Source of the DNA: an uncultured Mycoplasmatota bacterium
GTDB taxonomy: Bacteria > Bacillota_I > Bacilli_A > RF39 > UBA660
NCBI GenBank assembly: GCA_946613765.1
Contig: CAMOFW010000002.1
Location: 1-32,437, forward strand
Direction: 5' to 3'
Length of the DNA stretch: 32,437 bases
In this document: piece by piece, positions 8,465 through 17,791 of the stretch
Layout of the letters: each line of letters begins with the position of its first letter
Numbering within the stretch: the first letter of the stretch is position 1
Notes under the pieces: model-generated
What the model was told of the DNA's origin: nothing
Database searches by the model: none
What the model saw: only the letters and a program-made list of their open reading frames with translations
Position numbers and translations under genes: made by a program

Positions 8465-9079
8465 ATGAAAGCAGAAGTTTTTACAGGAAAAAATTTAGAA
8501 GAAGTTAAAAGTGAAGCATTTGAAAAATTAGGATTAAATGAAAATGAATGTTTAGTAAGTGTTAAATCTACTAAATCAGGTTTATTTAAAACTAAAGAAG
8601 AATATGAAGTTAAAGTATTTAAATTAACTGATATAGCTGAAGAAATTAAAAATTACTTAAGTGAATTATTAACAAATATGACTATTGAAGCTAATTTTGA
8701 AACAAAAATCAGAGAACAACAAATTAACATTAAAATGTATTCTGATAAAAATAATATCTTAATTGGTAGAGATGGTAAAACTTTAAAAGCATTACAAACT
8801 GTAATTAGACAACATATTTATCAATTAGTAGGTGCTTATCCTTATATATTATTAGATGTTGAAAATTATAAAGAAAAGAAAATTAAAAATTTAGAATTCT
8901 TAACTAGAAAGTTAGCTAAAGAAGTATTAAGAACTAAACAACCAATTAAAATGGATGATATGAATTCTTATGAAAGAAGAATAGCACATAATGTATTAGC
9001 TAAATTTGATAATTTAACTAGCACATCTGAAGGTGAAGAACCTAATAGACATATAGTTATTAAAATTAAGGAAGATTAA
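8465..9079 (+). CDS. jag: Jag/KhpB RNA-binding protein (Jag_N, KH, R3H)
   Basis: ORF track, 204 aa. It has a KH-like segment (GRDGKTLKALQTVIRQ) and an R3H segment (MNSYERRIAHNVLAKF), and follows yidC as in Bacilli. Confidence 0.9.
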   Translation: MKAEVFTGKNLEEVKSEAFEKLGLNENECLVSVKSTKSGLFKTKEEYEVKVFKLTDIAEEIKNYLSELLTNMTIEANFETKIREQQINIKMYSDKNNILIGRDGKTLKALQTVIRQHIYQLVGAYPYILLDVENYKEKKIKNLEFLTRKLAKEVLRTKQPIKMDDMNSYERRIAHNVLAKFDNLTSTSEGEEPNRHIVIKIKED

Positions 9080-9095
9080 ATCTTTCTTTTTTTTA
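9068..9095 (+). terminator. Intrinsic terminator after jag
   Basis: AAGGAAGAT (9068..9076) pairs with ATCTTTCTT (9080..9088), including one G-U pair. The loop TAA is the jag stop codon. A T-run follows at 9089..9095. Confidence 0.65.
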
Positions 9096-9103
9096 TGTTT
9101 TAT

Positions 9104-9111
9104 TGTATAAT
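9104..9111 (+). promoter_or_regulatory. Extended -10 (TGTATAAT) for mnmE-mnmG-rsmG
   Basis: TG lies at 9104..9105 and TATAAT at 9106..9111, about 30 nt upstream of the mnmE ATG. Confidence 0.5.
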
Positions 9112-9140
9112 ATACGCGTTAAAAAAGGGATGTGAGATAC

Positions 9141-10502
9141 ATGAACGACACAATTTGCGCTATTGCAACATCTGTAGGTAATGGAGCTATATCAATTATT
9201 AGAGTTAGTGGTGAAGATGCTATTGAAAAAGTTAATTCTATCTTTAAAGGAAAAGATTTAACTAAAGTAGAATCTCATACCATAAATTATGGACACATTG
9301 TGGATAATGATAAAGTTATCGACGAAGTTTTAGTGTCTGTTATGAAAGCACCTAAAACATATACTATGGAAGATGTTGTGGAAATAAATACACATGGTGG
9401 TATTGCACCAACTAATAAAGTATTACAACTATTAATTAAAAATGGTTGTCGCATGGCTGAACGTGGTGAATTTACTAAACGTGCATTTTTAAATGGAAGA
9501 ATAGATTTAATCGAAGCTGAAGCAGTAATGGATAAAATTAATGCTCAAACTGATATCCAAAATGAACTTGCAAATAATCAATTAAATGGTAAAGTATCTA
9601 ATCTTATTAATTCACTAAGAGATGATATGATTCAAATTATATCTAATATTAATGTTAATATAGATTATCCTGAATATGATGATGTAGATATTATTACTAA
9701 TGAAATAATGATCCCTAAAATTAATAATTTAGAAGAAAAAATAACTAAAATATTAAAAGAATCTAAAAATGGTAAATTAATTAAAGATGGTATTAAAACA
9801 TCTATTATAGGTAAACCAAATGTAGGTAAATCATCTCTTTTAAATGAACTATTAGAAGAAGATAAAGCTATTGTTACTGAAATAGCAGGTACAACAAGAG
9901 ATATAGTTGAAGGTCAAATTAATATAAATGGTATCTTACTAAATATAATTGATACTGCTGGTATTAGAGAAACTAATGACATAGTAGAATCAATTGGTGT
10001 AGAAAAATCAATTAAAATGATGGAAGAATCAGACCTTGTATTGTTTATGTTAAACAATAATGAAGAATTAACTGATGATATTAAAGCATTATTAAATAAA
10101 TTAGAAAATAAAAACTATATAATTATTATTAATAAAACTGATTTAGAAGATAAATTAGATCTAACTAACTTAAATATTAATAAAGATTATATTGTTAGAA
10201 CAAGTATTAAAAATCATCAAGGTATTGATGAATTAAAAAATAAGATTATTGATTTATTTAATATTAAAGAAATAGAAACTAAAGACCCTACTTATTTATC
10301 TAATTCAAGATCAATTGGACTTCTAGAACAATGTTTAAACGATGTTAAAGATGTTAAAGAAGGAATAAATAACGGTGAAACAATTGATATGATTGAAATA
10401 GATATAAGAAATATATGGGAAAAATTAGGTCAAATAAATGGTACATCTTATGAAGATGAATTACTGGATGAAATGTTTAAACGTTTCTGTCTTGGAAAGT
10501 AG
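9141..10502 (+). CDS. mnmE: tRNA modification GTPase MnmE
   Basis: ORF track 9132..10502. I prefer ATG 9141 (MNDTICAIATS..., the conserved N-terminus). G-domain motifs are GKPNVGKSSLLN and DTAGIRET, and the C-terminal motif is CLGK. Confidence 0.95.
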   Translation: MNDTICAIATSVGNGAISIIRVSGEDAIEKVNSIFKGKDLTKVESHTINYGHIVDNDKVIDEVLVSVMKAPKTYTMEDVVEINTHGGIAPTNKVLQLLIKNGCRMAERGEFTKRAFLNGRIDLIEAEAVMDKINAQTDIQNELANNQLNGKVSNLINSLRDDMIQIISNINVNIDYPEYDDVDIITNEIMIPKINNLEEKITKILKESKNGKLIKDGIKTSIIGKPNVGKSSLLNELLEEDKAIVTEIAGTTRDIVEGQININGILLNIIDTAGIRETNDIVESIGVEKSIKMMEESDLVLFMLNNNEELTDDIKALLNKLENKNYIIIINKTDLEDKLDLTNLNINKDYIVRTSIKNHQGIDELKNKIIDLFNIKEIETKDPTYLSNSRSIGLLEQCLNDVKDVKEGINNGETIDMIEIDIRNIWEKLGQINGTSYEDELLDEMFKRFCLGK

Positions 10503-10511
10503 GTGAAAATA

Positions 10512-12383
10512 ATGGATTATGAAATTATAGTTGTTGGTGGTGGACATGCCGGATGTGAAGCAGCTTATGCTAGTGCATATAAAGGACATAAAACACTATT
10601 AATGACATCAAACATAAAAAATATAGCAGATATGCCATGTAATCCACACATTGGAGGATCAGCTAAAGGTATAGTTGTTAGGGAAATAGATGCTTTAGGT
10701 GGTATCATGGGTAAAGTAGCTGATAAAACTCATTGTCAAATAAAGATGCTAAACTCTGCTAAAGGTGTAGCAGTACAATCTCTAAGAGCCCAAGGAGATA
10801 AGATTACTTATCCAAAAGAAATGCTTAATACTCTTAATTCATTAGATAGTTTAACTATTCAAGAGGGAATGGTAGAAGATTTAATAGTTGAAGATAATAA
10901 AGTAAAAGGTATTATTTTAGAAGATGGAACTAAAATAACTTCAAATATAGTTATTTTAACAACTGGTACTTACTTAAAAGCTGATATTTTAGTTGGTGAA
11001 ACTAGAACAAGAAAAGGACCACATGGTGAACGTCCTTCAAATCACCTATCAGATAAATTAAGAGACTATGGATTTAATATAATTAGATTAAAAACAGGTA
11101 CTCCTCAAAGAATAGCTAAAGATTCTATTGATTATTCTAAATTAAAGATTGAAAAAGGTGATGATAAATACTTAACTTTCTCATTTGATTTAGAACCTCA
11201 ATATAAAATTGAAGAACAATTACCATGTTATTTAACTTATACTAATGAGCGTACTCATAAAATAATCATGGATAATTTAAATAAGTCATCTATGTATGGT
11301 GCTATTGAAGGAAAACTTGGTATAGGACCTAGATATTGTCCATCTATCGAAGATAAGGTTAATAGATTTAAAGATAAAGAAAGACATCAATTATTTATTG
11401 AACCTGAATCTAGATATTATGATGATATGTATTTACAAGGTTTTTCAACATCTATGCCACCAGAAATACAAGAACAAATGGTTCATTCTTTAGCAGGTTT
11501 AGAAAATGCCAAGATATTAAAATATGGTTATGCTATTGAATACGATGCAATCTACCCTACTCAATTAAAGTTTTCTCTAGAAACAAAGATATTAGAAAAC
11601 TTATTTACAGCAGGACAAATAAACGGTACATCAGGTTATGAAGAAGCTGCATGTCAAGGTCTAATGGCAGGTATTAACGCTACTCTTAAACTTGAAGGAA
11701 AAGAACCATTAGTATTAAAAAGAAGTGATGCATATATTGGTGTTTTAATTGATGATTTAATTACTAAAGGAATCAGAGATCCATATAGATTATTAACTTC
11801 ACGTGCTGAATTTAGATTAATCTTAAGAAGTGATAATGCAGACCTAAGATTAAGAAGAATTGGTGCATCTGTAGGTATGATTGATGATGAAAGATTAGAA
11901 AAACTAAACATCAAAGAACAAAAAATAGATGAATTAAAAGAATTCTTAAAAGTTAATAAACTAAAAATAACACCTGAAGTTAAAGAACAATTTATTAATA
12001 ATAATATTGAAGTTCCAACTGCAACATTAAGTTTAGAACAATTATTAAAAAGACCTGAAATTACAATTGAATTCTTATCATCTTTAATAGATATTCCATT
12101 TACTGATGAAATAAAAGAACAAGTATCTATTCAATTAAAATATGAAGGTTATATTAATAAAGCTCTAAAAGAAGCAGAAAAGATGTTAAAACTAGAAAAG
12201 AAAAAAATACCATCTGATATTAATTATGATGATATTAAAAATATTGCTAGTGAAGCAAGACAAAAACTAAAAGAAGTAAGACCAGAAACTATTGCTCAAG
12301 CAATAAGAATAAGTGGTGTTAATCCAGCAGATATATCTATTCTTTCAGTATATTTAAGAAAGGAATATCCTAATAATGACTAA
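10512..12383 (+). CDS. mnmG: tRNA uridine 5-carboxymethylaminomethyl modification enzyme MnmG (GidA)
   Basis: ORF track 10503..12383. I prefer ATG 10512, preceded by AGGTGA. The FAD fold motif is IVVGGGHAGCEAA, and the 620+ aa length is typical. Confidence 0.96.
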   Translation: MDYEIIVVGGGHAGCEAAYASAYKGHKTLLMTSNIKNIADMPCNPHIGGSAKGIVVREIDALGGIMGKVADKTHCQIKMLNSAKGVAVQSLRAQGDKITYPKEMLNTLNSLDSLTIQEGMVEDLIVEDNKVKGIILEDGTKITSNIVILTTGTYLKADILVGETRTRKGPHGERPSNHLSDKLRDYGFNIIRLKTGTPQRIAKDSIDYSKLKIEKGDDKYLTFSFDLEPQYKIEEQLPCYLTYTNERTHKIIMDNLNKSSMYGAIEGKLGIGPRYCPSIEDKVNRFKDKERHQLFIEPESRYYDDMYLQGFSTSMPPEIQEQMVHSLAGLENAKILKYGYAIEYDAIYPTQLKFSLETKILENLFTAGQINGTSGYEEAACQGLMAGINATLKLEGKEPLVLKRSDAYIGVLIDDLITKGIRDPYRLLTSRAEFRLILRSDNADLRLRRIGASVGMIDDERLEKLNIKEQKIDELKEFLKVNKLKITPEVKEQFINNNIEVPTATLSLEQLLKRPEITIEFLSSLIDIPFTDEIKEQVSIQLKYEGYINKALKEAEKMLKLEKKKIPSDINYDDIKNIASEARQKLKEVRPETIAQAIRISGVNPADISILSVYLRKEYPNND

Positions 12384-13077
12384 AGAAGAATTATATCTTG
12401 AACTTAAAAAATTAGGTATTAACTTAACTGATAAACAAAAAGAACAATTAGAAATCTATAAAGATTTTCTAATTGAATATAATAAACATACTAATTTAAC
12501 TAGAATAATAGATGAAAATGATATCTATTTAAAACATTTTTATGACTCTCTAACTATAGTTAAATATATTGATTTATCAAATAAAAATACTCTATTAGAT
12601 ATTGGTACTGGGGCAGGTTTTCCAGGATTTGTACTAAAAATAGTTTATCCTAATCTAGAGGTAACATTACTTGATTCAAATAATAAAAAAATAACATTTT
12701 TAAAACAATTAAGTGAAAAATTAAATATAAATATTAATGCTATACAAGCAAGAAGTGAAGAATATATCAAAGAAAAAAGAGAATTCTTTGATGTAGTTAC
12801 ATCACGTGCTATGGCTAATTTAAGAGTATTACTTGAACTATCAATTCCTTATGTAAAAATAAATGGTAACTTTATTGCAATGAAAGCTAATGCAAGTGAA
12901 GAACTAAAAGAAGCTGGTAATACTCATGAAAAACTTGGAGCTAAATTGTCATCAATTCAGGAATTTGAACTTTTAAAAGAAAACTCTAAAAGAACTATTA
13001 TTGTATATGATAAAATTAATAAAACAGATATTAAGTATCCAAGAAAATACGATATTATAATTAAAAAGGCTATATAA
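12376..13077 (+). CDS. rsmG: 16S rRNA (guanine527-N7)-methyltransferase RsmG (GidB)
   Basis: ORF track, 233 aa. The SAM motif is DIGTGAGFPG. It overlaps the mnmG stop by 8 nt, the canonical order. Confidence 0.93.
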   Translation: MTKEELYLELKKLGINLTDKQKEQLEIYKDFLIEYNKHTNLTRIIDENDIYLKHFYDSLTIVKYIDLSNKNTLLDIGTGAGFPGFVLKIVYPNLEVTLLDSNNKKITFLKQLSEKLNININAIQARSEEYIKEKREFFDVVTSRAMANLRVLLELSIPYVKINGNFIAMKANASEELKEAGNTHEKLGAKLSSIQEFELLKENSKRTIIVYDKINKTDIKYPRKYDIIIKKAI

Positions 13078-13089
13078 TAGTCTTTTTTT
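13063..13089 (+). terminator. Intrinsic terminator after rsmG
   Basis: AAGGCTAT (13066..13073) pairs with ATAGTCTT (13077..13084), including one G-U pair. The loop is 3 nt and a T-run extends to 13089. The rsmG stop codon (13075..13077) spans the loop and the first base of the 3' arm. Confidence 0.6.
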
Positions 13090-13090
13090 A

Positions 13091-13119
13091 TTGACATTAT
13101 ATTATTTATTGATTACAAT
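13091..13119 (+). promoter_or_regulatory. Near-consensus sigma-A promoter
   Basis: TTGACA at 13091..13096, an exactly 17-nt spacer, and TACAAT at 13114..13119. SD GGGGGA lies at 13131..13136. Confidence 0.7.
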
Positions 13120-13143
13120 AAGGGCGTTTTGGGGGATTAAGTG

Positions 13144-14217
13144 ATGAAATACAACAGTGAAGACGTTTTAAAATATATCAACGGCAATGAACTAAAGTAT
13201 GATCCAGAAGTATATGAAAAAAACGCTAATTTTATGTTAGATGTATTAAGACTAACTAAAGATAAAAAAATGATTAAATTTTGTGACAAAGAATTATTTA
13301 AAGATTCAGATTTTGTATATGCATTAATGGATATTTTTAAAAATGATAAACTATTATGTATAAAATTATCTAATGAATTTATATTAAATAACACTGGTAA
13401 ATATACAATAGATATATTAAATATTGCTTTAAAAGCACAAGAAATTAATAATGATAGATATATAGATGAATATAGATTAACAGGAATATATTTAAACAGT
13501 GGATATTATGTATTAAAAGATTTTATAATTAAACAATTAAAAAAAGAAAATATAGATATGAATTTTTGCTTTAGAATAATTCAAACTCTACATCCATATA
13601 ATGAACCATTTAAAAAATATATGGCTAAACATATGATAGATGAATTATTTGAAAGTTTAGATAATTTAGAATACTACGTTAAGTCTAGATATTCTCATTC
13701 AAGTTATATTGAAAATATTGGAGTTATACAATATATAATAAACTTAATTAGAGGAACAGATGAAGATTTAGCAGACTATGCTGAATTCCATCAAGAATTA
13801 TTATTTAATAAGATAAATGAATTAAATAAAATAATGATTGAATGGAAAGAAGAAGAAACTGAAATCGAAGAAGAAGTATATGAAATAATAGAAGCTTTCT
13901 GTGAACAATATATTGATATAAGCATTGATACATGTTTAAAATACATTTCAAAAGAACTTAATATGCCATCTCTTTTAGATCATACATTTGAATCAATGAA
14001 TGAGAACCTAATCGAAATGGGATATGAAGAATTAGATATTAGTGACGTTACGTTAGATAATGTAGATGATATTGAAAAACAAAGATTACTAAACAAACTA
14101 AAAAAAGGAATAGTTTTATATATATATAACAACAAACATCCAAAACAACATGAAAAAATAACTACCATTAAAAATATTAGATTATTAAAAAATGCTAGTA
14201 AAAAACAAGATATCTAA
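13144..14217 (+). CDS. Hypothetical protein with no family recognised (possible DUF4116-like N-terminal repeats, acidic central patch)
   Basis: ORF track 13141..14217. I prefer ATG 13144, 7 nt after GGGGGA. The gene is monocistronic between a strong promoter and a perfect terminator. It has ~28-aa repeats of the form (N/D)..F(M/V)..(L/M)..(L/F)K.DK and the segment EWKEEETEIEEEVYEIIEAF. Confidence 0.6.
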   Translation: MKYNSEDVLKYINGNELKYDPEVYEKNANFMLDVLRLTKDKKMIKFCDKELFKDSDFVYALMDIFKNDKLLCIKLSNEFILNNTGKYTIDILNIALKAQEINNDRYIDEYRLTGIYLNSGYYVLKDFIIKQLKKENIDMNFCFRIIQTLHPYNEPFKKYMAKHMIDELFESLDNLEYYVKSRYSHSSYIENIGVIQYIINLIRGTDEDLADYAEFHQELLFNKINELNKIMIEWKEEETEIEEEVYEIIEAFCEQYIDISIDTCLKYISKELNMPSLLDHTFESMNENLIEMGYEELDISDVTLDNVDDIEKQRLLNKLKKGIVLYIYNNKHPKQHEKITTIKNIRLLKNASKKQDI

Positions 14218-14233
14218 AATGATATCTTTTTTT
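14207..14233 (+). terminator. Intrinsic terminator after the hypothetical gene
   Basis: AAGATATC (14207..14214) and GATATCTT (14221..14228) form a perfect 8-bp stem. The loop TAAAAT contains the stop codon, and a T-run follows. Confidence 0.7.
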
Positions 14234-14299
14234 ATTGAAAAAAATGGCAATATAATGTATTATTATATATAGAATGAAAATAATAAAGGGGCTGTTATT

Positions 14300-15802
14300 A
14301 TGAACTTAGAAGGTCAAGTAATTCAAGTAAACTTGGATGATATTATTCCAAATAGATTCCAACCAAGAATCGCATTTGATGAAAAAGCATTAAATGAATT
14401 AGCTTCATCAATTAAAGAACATGGAATAATTCAACCATTAGTATTAAGAAAACTAGGAAAGAAATTTGAAATAATTGCTGGTGAAAGAAGATATAAAGCT
14501 GCAACTTTAGCTGGTTTAACAACAGTTCCTGCAGTAATTTCTAATATTGATGATAATTCATCTGCCGAAGTAGCTTTAGTAGAAAATATTCAAAGAAAAG
14601 ATTTAACTCCTATTGAAGAAGCTAGAAGTTATAAGAATCTTTTAGATAAAGGTTATTTAACTCAAGAACAATTAGCAAAGAAAATGGGATTATCTCAATC
14701 TGCTATTTCAAATAAATTAAGATTATTAAATTTAGATAATCAAGTACAACAGGCTTTACTAGATGGTAAGATATCAGAACGTCATGCAAGAGCATTACTA
14801 ACTTTACCAAATAAAGCAGATCAAGTAACATGGTTAAATAAAATCATAGCAGAAAGAATTACAGTCAGAGATTTAGATAAAAAATTAAAAGAATTCCAAG
14901 GTGAATCAGATCCAACAGGAGATATTCCATTAGTTGATCTAACACCAAACATTGAAGATGTTAAAAATAATGCCGTAGACATTAATAATAATAAACCTAA
15001 AAATATAGCAAATCTACTAGTATCGGAGGATACAATGACAGAATATAGTGATAATTTACCAACAAATCAAGTAAATCAACCTACTGATACTCCAGTAGAA
15101 ACTTTAGATGTTCAAAGCAATCCAGCTCCAGCTGTAGATAATATGATTAATCCATTTAATTTAGATGCCCAAAAACCAGCAGAACAAACTACTGTTCAAG
15201 AAGCAAGTCCTGCAGTTGATGCACCTAAACAAGAAGAAGTATTAGATCCATTTGCAAATATATTAAATACTCCAGAAGCTAATGAAGTACCACAAGAAAG
15301 TAATAAATTCTTTAATCAATTAGAAGACGTACCTGCTTCACTTGATAACTTATCTCCATTTGCATCTGAAGGAGTATTTAACATTGATAATACTCCTGCT
15401 GCTCCAGAACAACCTGTTGATAGTAACATTGAAATATTTGATGTTGGTACTCCAAGTGAAACTAAAGTTGAAGAACCATCTTCAAATGATGTTGAATTAA
15501 TAGATAATGAATCTACAATCATGAATGAATTAAATCCAAATAATAAATTTTTCCAACCAATAAAGGAAGTTGCACAACAACAAACTATTGAAGAAGAAAA
15601 AATAGAAGATCAATTAATAAACCCAATGGATTTTGTTGATAATATTGAAGCTCCAAGTAGTGTTCCAACAAATCCAAGTGATGATGCAGTTAATAAAATA
15701 AAAGAATTAATTGATTCATTAAAATCACAAGGTGTTAATGTTTCTATGGATGAATCAGATTTAGAAAACAAACATCAAATAATAATTCAAATAGAAAAAT
15801 AG
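14300..15802 (+). CDS. ParB/Noc-family CTP-dependent DNA-binding protein (Noc-like) with a ~255-aa low-complexity insert
   Basis: ORF track, 500 aa. The N-terminal 200 aa carry IPNRFQPR, IIAGERRYKAA, ENIQRKDLTPIEEA, the HTH LSQSAISNKLRLLNL and ISERHARALL. The last ~45 aa (AVNKIKELIDSLKSQGVNVSMDESDLENKHQIIIQIEK) resemble the Noc C-terminus as I remember it. Residues ~200-455 are rich in P, E, N, Q and D. Confidence 0.88.
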   Translation: MNLEGQVIQVNLDDIIPNRFQPRIAFDEKALNELASSIKEHGIIQPLVLRKLGKKFEIIAGERRYKAATLAGLTTVPAVISNIDDNSSAEVALVENIQRKDLTPIEEARSYKNLLDKGYLTQEQLAKKMGLSQSAISNKLRLLNLDNQVQQALLDGKISERHARALLTLPNKADQVTWLNKIIAERITVRDLDKKLKEFQGESDPTGDIPLVDLTPNIEDVKNNAVDINNNKPKNIANLLVSEDTMTEYSDNLPTNQVNQPTDTPVETLDVQSNPAPAVDNMINPFNLDAQKPAEQTTVQEASPAVDAPKQEEVLDPFANILNTPEANEVPQESNKFFNQLEDVPASLDNLSPFASEGVFNIDNTPAAPEQPVDSNIEIFDVGTPSETKVEEPSSNDVELIDNESTIMNELNPNNKFFQPIKEVAQQQTIEEEKIEDQLINPMDFVDNIEAPSSVPTNPSDDAVNKIKELIDSLKSQGVNVSMDESDLENKHQIIIQIEK

Positions 15803-15818
15803 TCTTTAAGACTATTTT
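15794..15818. terminator. Bidirectional terminator between convergent parB-like and PBP genes
   Basis: The palindrome AAAAATAGTC (15794..15803) / GACTATTTTT (15809..15818) has a 5-nt loop. A-runs and T-runs on both sides allow termination in both directions. Confidence 0.7.
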
Positions 15819-15820
15819 TT

Positions 15821-17728
15821 TTATTCTAATATATCTTCTGATCCTTTAATAAAATAATATACATATCCTTTATTCTTATCACTAACCTTTTCTCCAGTAA
15901 TAGAATCTAATAATAACCCTACTACATTATTAGGAGTTTCATACCATTCTTTATTATCAATATCATAAGATTCTACAGTATTAACCCAAATATTCTTAGC
16001 TATATTACCATCACTTGCTTTTACTTCCCTATTATCATCATATCCATTCCATACCATCATCAGTATATTAGGATTATAACCTATCATCCAACAATCACTT
16101 TGAGTAGAACCAGTTTTCATCGCATATTTTCTACTAATCTTAGATGCTAAAGATATAATAGTTGGAGTATTATAATCCTTAAATGCACTATTATAAGTGG
16201 ATGTTAATAATTCATTTAATATATAAGTATAACTACTATTTAATACTTGATTATCTACATATTTCTTTTCGTATAAAATATTACCATTTAAATCCTCTAC
16301 TTTAGTTATAAATGATAAATCTCTTTTCATACCATTACTAGCTAAAGTAGTATAAGCATTAGCAAAATCAATCATAGATAATTCAATAGTACCAAGTGGT
16401 AATGATGCTATTTCTTCTAATTTAGTTTCTATACCCATTCTTTTAGCTGTTTTAACTAATGTATCTTCCCCTAAAAATAAATGTGTTTTAACTGCATATA
16501 TATTATCTGAATATGAAATAGCAGCAGCCATAGTTATATCTTTATTAGCATATTTATTATTATAATTAGATGGACTATAAGTACTATTAGCAAAAGTAAA
16601 TGTTGTTTCTTCAGATTTAAAAGTAGATGCTCCTGTCATTCCATTTTCTAATGCAGCATAATATAAAAGTGGTTTCATAGTAGAACCAACTTGTCTTTTA
16701 GATGATAATACCCTATTATATTGACTCTTAGAGTAATTAACACCACCTATTAATGCCATTATATTACCATTATTAGGATTAATAATAATACTACTAGCTT
16801 GCATATCTCCTTCAATATATTTATTTACAGATTCTTCTAATTTTTTTTGTAAATCAATATTTAAAGATGTATATACCCTAATTCCACCAGTATCAACTAA
16901 AGTCTTGGGTACACTTTTAATATTTTTTAACTCTTGTTTAACAGCATCTTGATAATACATTATATTTGATAATTCTCCATTATCTTTTTTACCATATATT
17001 TCTATATTATTTTTAAATAAATTATTACCATCTTCTAAAGAAATATAGTTGTTATTAACCATTGAGTTAATAACAACCTTACTTCTTTTAATTGCATTAT
17101 CATAATTAGATACAGGATTATAATTATTAGGACTTTTAGGTATACCTGCAAGCATAATAGCTTCTTCCATAGTTAAATCCTTAGCACTCTTATTAAAATA
17201 GTAATTAGAGGCATTTTCTATACCATAATTACCCTCTCCAAAATTAATAGTATTTAAATACCCTTCTAATATCTCATCTTTTGAAAAATGCATCTCTAAT
17301 TTTAGTGTTAACCATGCTTCTTCTAATTTACGTTCTAAAGTCTTATCAAAATCTAAATATAAATTCTTTACATATTGTTGTGATATAGTAGATGCTCCAC
17401 CTACTATTTCTTTATTTTTAACATTTAAAAATAATGTTTTAATAATTCTTAAATAATCAAATCCCCTATGTTTATAAAAATTCTTATCTTCAATAGATAT
17501 TATAGCATTTTTCATATTAGGTGATATATCATCTAAACTAACCCATTTATTAGTTTTACTACCTTGGTATACTATATTATTTTTATCATCATATAAGTAA
17601 TATTGTCCATAAGATTTAATGTCTAATACTGGACTATAATAAGCAATAATATATAAAGAAATAATAAATAATATAAATATAATTAATAATATAATATTAA
17701 TCTTAATTATCTTTTTTAATAAAGACAT
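15821..17728 (-). CDS. Class A penicillin-binding protein (glycosyltransferase GT51 plus transpeptidase)
   Basis: ORF track 15821..17740. I prefer ATG 17728 (MSLLKK...), 5 nt after GGTGG. GT51 motifs are EDKNFYKHRGFD, GASTISQQ and RKLEE. Transpeptidase motifs are STMKP, SDN and KTGST. An N-terminal TM anchor is present. Confidence 0.93.
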   Translation of the reverse strand: MSLLKKIIKINIILLIIFILFIISLYIIAYYSPVLDIKSYGQYYLYDDKNNIVYQGSKTNKWVSLDDISPNMKNAIISIEDKNFYKHRGFDYLRIIKTLFLNVKNKEIVGGASTISQQYVKNLYLDFDKTLERKLEEAWLTLKLEMHFSKDEILEGYLNTINFGEGNYGIENASNYYFNKSAKDLTMEEAIMLAGIPKSPNNYNPVSNYDNAIKRSKVVINSMVNNNYISLEDGNNLFKNNIEIYGKKDNGELSNIMYYQDAVKQELKNIKSVPKTLVDTGGIRVYTSLNIDLQKKLEESVNKYIEGDMQASSIIINPNNGNIMALIGGVNYSKSQYNRVLSSKRQVGSTMKPLLYYAALENGMTGASTFKSEETTFTFANSTYSPSNYNNKYANKDITMAAAISYSDNIYAVKTHLFLGEDTLVKTAKRMGIETKLEEIASLPLGTIELSMIDFANAYTTLASNGMKRDLSFITKVEDLNGNILYEKKYVDNQVLNSSYTYILNELLTSTYNSAFKDYNTPTIISLASKISRKYAMKTGSTQSDCWMIGYNPNILMMVWNGYDDNREVKASDGNIAKNIWVNTVESYDIDNKEWYETPNNVVGLLLDSITGEKVSDKNKGYVYYFIKGSEDILE

Positions 17729-17791
17729 ATTAACCACCATTATTAATATGTAAAAAAAATATTATTTTATGTAGTCAATTATATAATCCTA

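Noticed and set aside
11795-11815. A possible parS around the CACGTG core in mnmG (and a second CACGTG near 12805 in rsmG)
   Set aside because: Only the central TTCACGTG/CACGTG matches. The flanks do not form the 16-bp TGTTNCACGTGAAACA palindrome.
15821-17728. Head-on orientation of the class A PBP gene (and of the MBOAT gene) relative to replication, as a sign of recent insertion
   Set aside because: Both are flanked by clean bidirectional terminators and share the composition of their neighbours. Isolated head-on non-essential envelope genes are common, and I see no repeats or mobility genes.
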